Shown here: positions 26,813-29,198 of the stretch, one piece after another
Position numbering within the stretch: position 1 is the stretch's first letter
Layout: every line of letters begins with the position of its first letter
DNA from: Halalkalibacterium halodurans
GTDB taxonomy: Bacteria; Bacillota; Bacilli; Bacillales; Bacillaceae_D
Assembly: GCF_004376175.1 (NCBI RefSeq)
Contig: NZ_SNUY01000027.1
Coordinates: forward strand, 1 to 29,198
Direction: 5' to 3'
Length of the DNA stretch: 29,198 nt
Position numbers and translations under genes: made by a program
The notes under the pieces: generated by a model
Seen by the model: the letters and a program-made list of their open reading frames with translations, nothing else
Database searches by the model: none
What the model was told of the DNA's origin: nothing

Positions 26813-28009
26813 TTATGCTTGTTGCTCTGCCTGAAACATGTAATTTTTCGTTCTCATCCCTACATTTAATACAATTCCGATTGCAATCATGTTCGTGACC
26901 AATGCCGTTCCTCCGTAACTAATAAACGGCAATGCTAATCCGGTGACCGGAAACAATCCGACGGTCATCCCAATGTTTTGAACCACTTGGAACACTAACA
27001 AGCCGATAATCCCTGATACTAAATAAGTACCAAACAAGTTGTTGCACGTTAAAGCAATAATGACCATTCGGTAAAACATGAGGAAAAAGACGACGAGTAA
27101 GACCGTTGCACCGATAAACCCGAACTCCTCTCCGATGACCGCAAAAATAAAGTCAGTGTGCAATTCTGGAATGGCTGCGCTTTGCGCTTGAACACTATTC
27201 ATAAAGCCTGAACCGAACAGCTGCCCCGCTCCGATACCGAGAATCGCTTGAGTCGTTTGATAGGCAAAGGACCCCGCGTATTCGTCCGGGTTGAGCCAGC
27301 CATAAATCCGATCCAACTGATGGGCTTTTATAAGGTTCGATGAGAAAAACTCGTAATGGAAATTGTGTAAATAGACAAGCGTCACAATTCCTCCAACAAC
27401 GGCTAATAAGCATAAAAAGATTAGCCGCCATGAAATACCAGCAACGAGAATCATCGTTGCGATGACGCTGCCGATGACTAAGGCTGTTCCTAAATCGGGC
27501 TGCTTTAAAATCAAAAGAAACGGCGGCATGCCGACAGCTAGGATTTTCCCGAGTAACACTAAGTCACCTTTTAGACTTTTATCTGTTCGATTGGTCGTCA
27601 GTAGATAGAGCATATGGGCTAAGGCGATAATTAAAAAAAACTTCATAAACTCCGATGGCTGAAATTCTGGACCAAAACCGAAGAAATTCATCCAACGCTG
27701 TGAGCCATTTCGCACAACCCCGTTTAGTTCCACATAAATGAGCATTAGTAAACCAATCACATAAAAAGGAATCGAAAAGTTTTTTAACAATTCATAGTCA
27801 AACGACATAATCCCGATCATGACGATAAATCCGACTACGTAAAAGATCACTTGGCGTTTTAAAAAGAAGTCTCGACCCGTCTCTTCGTAATCGACATATT
27901 GCTCTGTCGTCCCGCTATATATCGCTAAAAAGCTAATACACATCAACAAAAAGACTAAAAAGATTAGCGTATAGTCAATTTGCTGAAATGGTGTCTTCTG
28001 TTGGTTCAT
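26813..28009 (-). CDS. FtsW/RodA/SpoVE (SEDS) family protein
   Basis: About 398 aa, 10 hydrophobic segments. GDLVLLGK...KQPDLGTAL, PELHTDFIFAVIGEEFGFIG and LPFISYGGTA motifs. ATG 28009 lies 8 nt after AAAGGAA. Confidence 0.85.
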   Translation of the reverse strand: MNQQKTPFQQIDYTLIFLVFLLMCISFLAIYSGTTEQYVDYEETGRDFFLKRQVIFYVVGFIVMIGIMSFDYELLKNFSIPFYVIGLLMLIYVELNGVVRNGSQRWMNFFGFGPEFQPSEFMKFFLIIALAHMLYLLTTNRTDKSLKGDLVLLGKILAVGMPPFLLILKQPDLGTALVIGSVIATMILVAGISWRLIFLCLLAVVGGIVTLVYLHNFHYEFFSSNLIKAHQLDRIYGWLNPDEYAGSFAYQTTQAILGIGAGQLFGSGFMNSVQAQSAAIPELHTDFIFAVIGEEFGFIGATVLLVVFFLMFYRMVIIALTCNNLFGTYLVSGIIGLLVFQVVQNIGMTVGLFPVTGLALPFISYGGTALVTNMIAIGIVLNVGMRTKNYMFQAEQQA

Positions 28010-28050
28010 TGGACCTGTTCCTTTCAAACGTAAACTAAACGCACTTCATT

Positions 28051-28059
28051 ATTATAGCA
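28051..28059 (-). promoter_or_regulatory. Extended -10 element (TGCTATAAT) upstream of the SEDS gene
   Basis: The minus strand reads TGCTATAAT. No good -35 element. Confidence 0.4.
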
Positions 28060-28397
28060 GAAACATCCTAGCACAAATATGGGAAAGTAAGGGATCTAGT
28101 AACTGCAGCCCCTTTTATAGACAGGGAAGGAGTCCTCCAACTATACCCGTGAATGGTAACTCTATTTTACCGCACTTTCCGCGGTGTTTCATCTGTTTTC
28201 CTTGATGGAATGTGACTTGTTTTTGAAAGCGAGACGCTCATATCACGGTTAAAACTTGTTACAGAGGGTAAAGTGTATAAAAGTGTAAAAGAGCATTCCC
28301 TGTCGGTGAATGTGGTATTATCCCCTACAGGTAGACATCAAAAAAAGAGAACATGATATGATGTTCTTAAATAGTCTATCTGCGAGGGGATTTTTCT

Positions 28398-28700
28398 ATG
28401 GCAAAAAAAGGACAAACCTATACTACATATACAGAAGAATTAAAACGAGAAGTAGTTCGTTTAAAGTTAGAGGAGGGCTGGTCCTATCGTCGCCTTCGTG
28501 AGCGATTCGGGATTAAGAGTGATGCTCAAATTGCTGAATGGGTAAAGAAAGTTCAAAATGAGATATCATTTGATGACCAACGTGGTAAGTGGCATAAGAA
28601 GCATTTTAACAGTCTAGAAGAAGAGAATGCTTATTTGAAGGCGCAGGTAGATTACCTAAAAAAGCGCAATCCAAATCTACACGGGAAGGAGTGGTCTTAA
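28398..28700 (+). CDS. IS3-family transposase OrfA (HTH plus leucine-zipper region)
   Basis: MAKKGQTYTTYTEELKREVVRLKLEEGWSYRRLRERFGIKSDAQI... is typical of IS3/IS150 OrfA. GAGGGGA SD. Confidence 0.85.
   Translation: MAKKGQTYTTYTEELKREVVRLKLEEGWSYRRLRERFGIKSDAQIAEWVKKVQNEISFDDQRGKWHKKHFNSLEEENAYLKAQVDYLKKRNPNLHGKEWS
28658..28664 (+). other. Programmed -1 ribosomal frameshift heptamer A AAA AAG
   Basis: In the orfA frame the codons read CTA AAA AAG. The -1 frame is open from here into orfB. Confidence 0.7.
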
Positions 28701-29198
28701 AAGCACAAAGGTTTCAAATGATTGATAAATTAAGGAGAAAGCACCCACTTATGTGGCTTCTTAAGATTGGTGAAGTTTCAAAAGCTGGATACTACAAATG
28801 GCGGAATAGTCGTTCTAAACAAGCGATTCGCATGGAAGAGGATATTCTGTTAAAGGAACATATCTTAGCTCTTCACAAACGACATCCATACTTTGGGTAT
28901 AAACGAATGACGAGGGCTTTATCCAGAGAAGGAATGGTTATAAATCATAAACGTGTGCGGCGTTTAATGAGGGAATTAGGAATAAAATCAGTCATACGTA
29001 AGAAAAGACCTTTCTACGGGCGTAGAGGTTCTATTGTATTTCCTAACGTACTGAACAGAGAATTTTATTCAGAAAAGCAGTATGAAAAGCTAGTAACCGA
29101 TATTACATATGTACGAATCGGAGACAAATTTGTGTATTTATCAGCCGTTTTAGATTTATATAATAATGAAATTGTTGCTTGGCAATTATCTGAAAGAA
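28664..29198 (+). CDS. IS3-family transposase OrfB (DDE catalytic part), -1 frame, truncated by the window edge
   Basis: ...HKRHPYFGYKRMTRALSREGMVINHKRVRRLMRELGI...LVTDITYVRIGDKFVYLSAVLDLYNNEIVAWQLS carries the first D of the DDE motif. First in-frame ATG at 28718. Confidence 0.85.

Larger units (their letters stand above)
28311..29198 (+). mobile_element. IS3-family insertion sequence (IS150-like organisation), left part; runs off the right window edge
   Basis: orfA and orfB in 0/-1 frames with an A AAA AAG slippery site. Left end tentatively placed at TGTGGTATTATCCCC (28311); this cannot be verified without the right end. Confidence 0.8.

Noticed and set aside
28115-28192. 25-aa sORF as a type I toxin
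   Set aside because: The hydrophobic stretch is only about 16 residues. No convincing antisense RNA or terminator architecture is visible. It is mentioned only as part of the spacer finding.
28310-28501. 63-aa ORF overlapping the IS3 orfA start
   Set aside because: It is out of frame with the well-supported orfA, lies across the IS terminus and has no SD.

Overview
This window reads as a core chromosomal segment of a Bacillaceae genome. Gene order follows the Bacillus subtilis 'yt' region: sftA, ytpR, ytpQ, ytpP, ytoQ, ytoP, ytzB, ytnP, trmB, ytzH, ytmP, amyX, ytlP/thpR, ytkP-like cysK, ytjP/pepV, ytzE, ytzG-like rsuA. Four insertion-sequence-related elements from three families interrupt it. 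They are a partial ISLre2-like element at the left edge, an intact IS1182-family element (about 9503-11385), a roughly 0.58-kb internally deleted IS1182-family relic (about 14262-14838), and a partial IS3-family element with an A AAA AAG frameshift site at the right edge. I saw no rRNA, tRNA or CRISPR array. All protein calls rest on motif and N-terminus recognition plus synteny recalled from memory; no search was run. Several ORF-track starts were moved to downstream starts that have a Shine-Dalgarno sequence. I do not see a clear-cut new multi-gene system. The most unusual locus is a compact minus-strand unit, thpR-lrgA-lrgB-NERD-like ORF, followed by an orphan HicB-like gene that has its own near-consensus promoter and no HicA partner. 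The IS1182 elements also stand out. The intact copy has a tandemly duplicated left end and built-in transcription and translation insulation. Both copies have their right ends a few nt (about 1-6) from the stop codon of a convergent host gene and carry a bidirectional terminator there.
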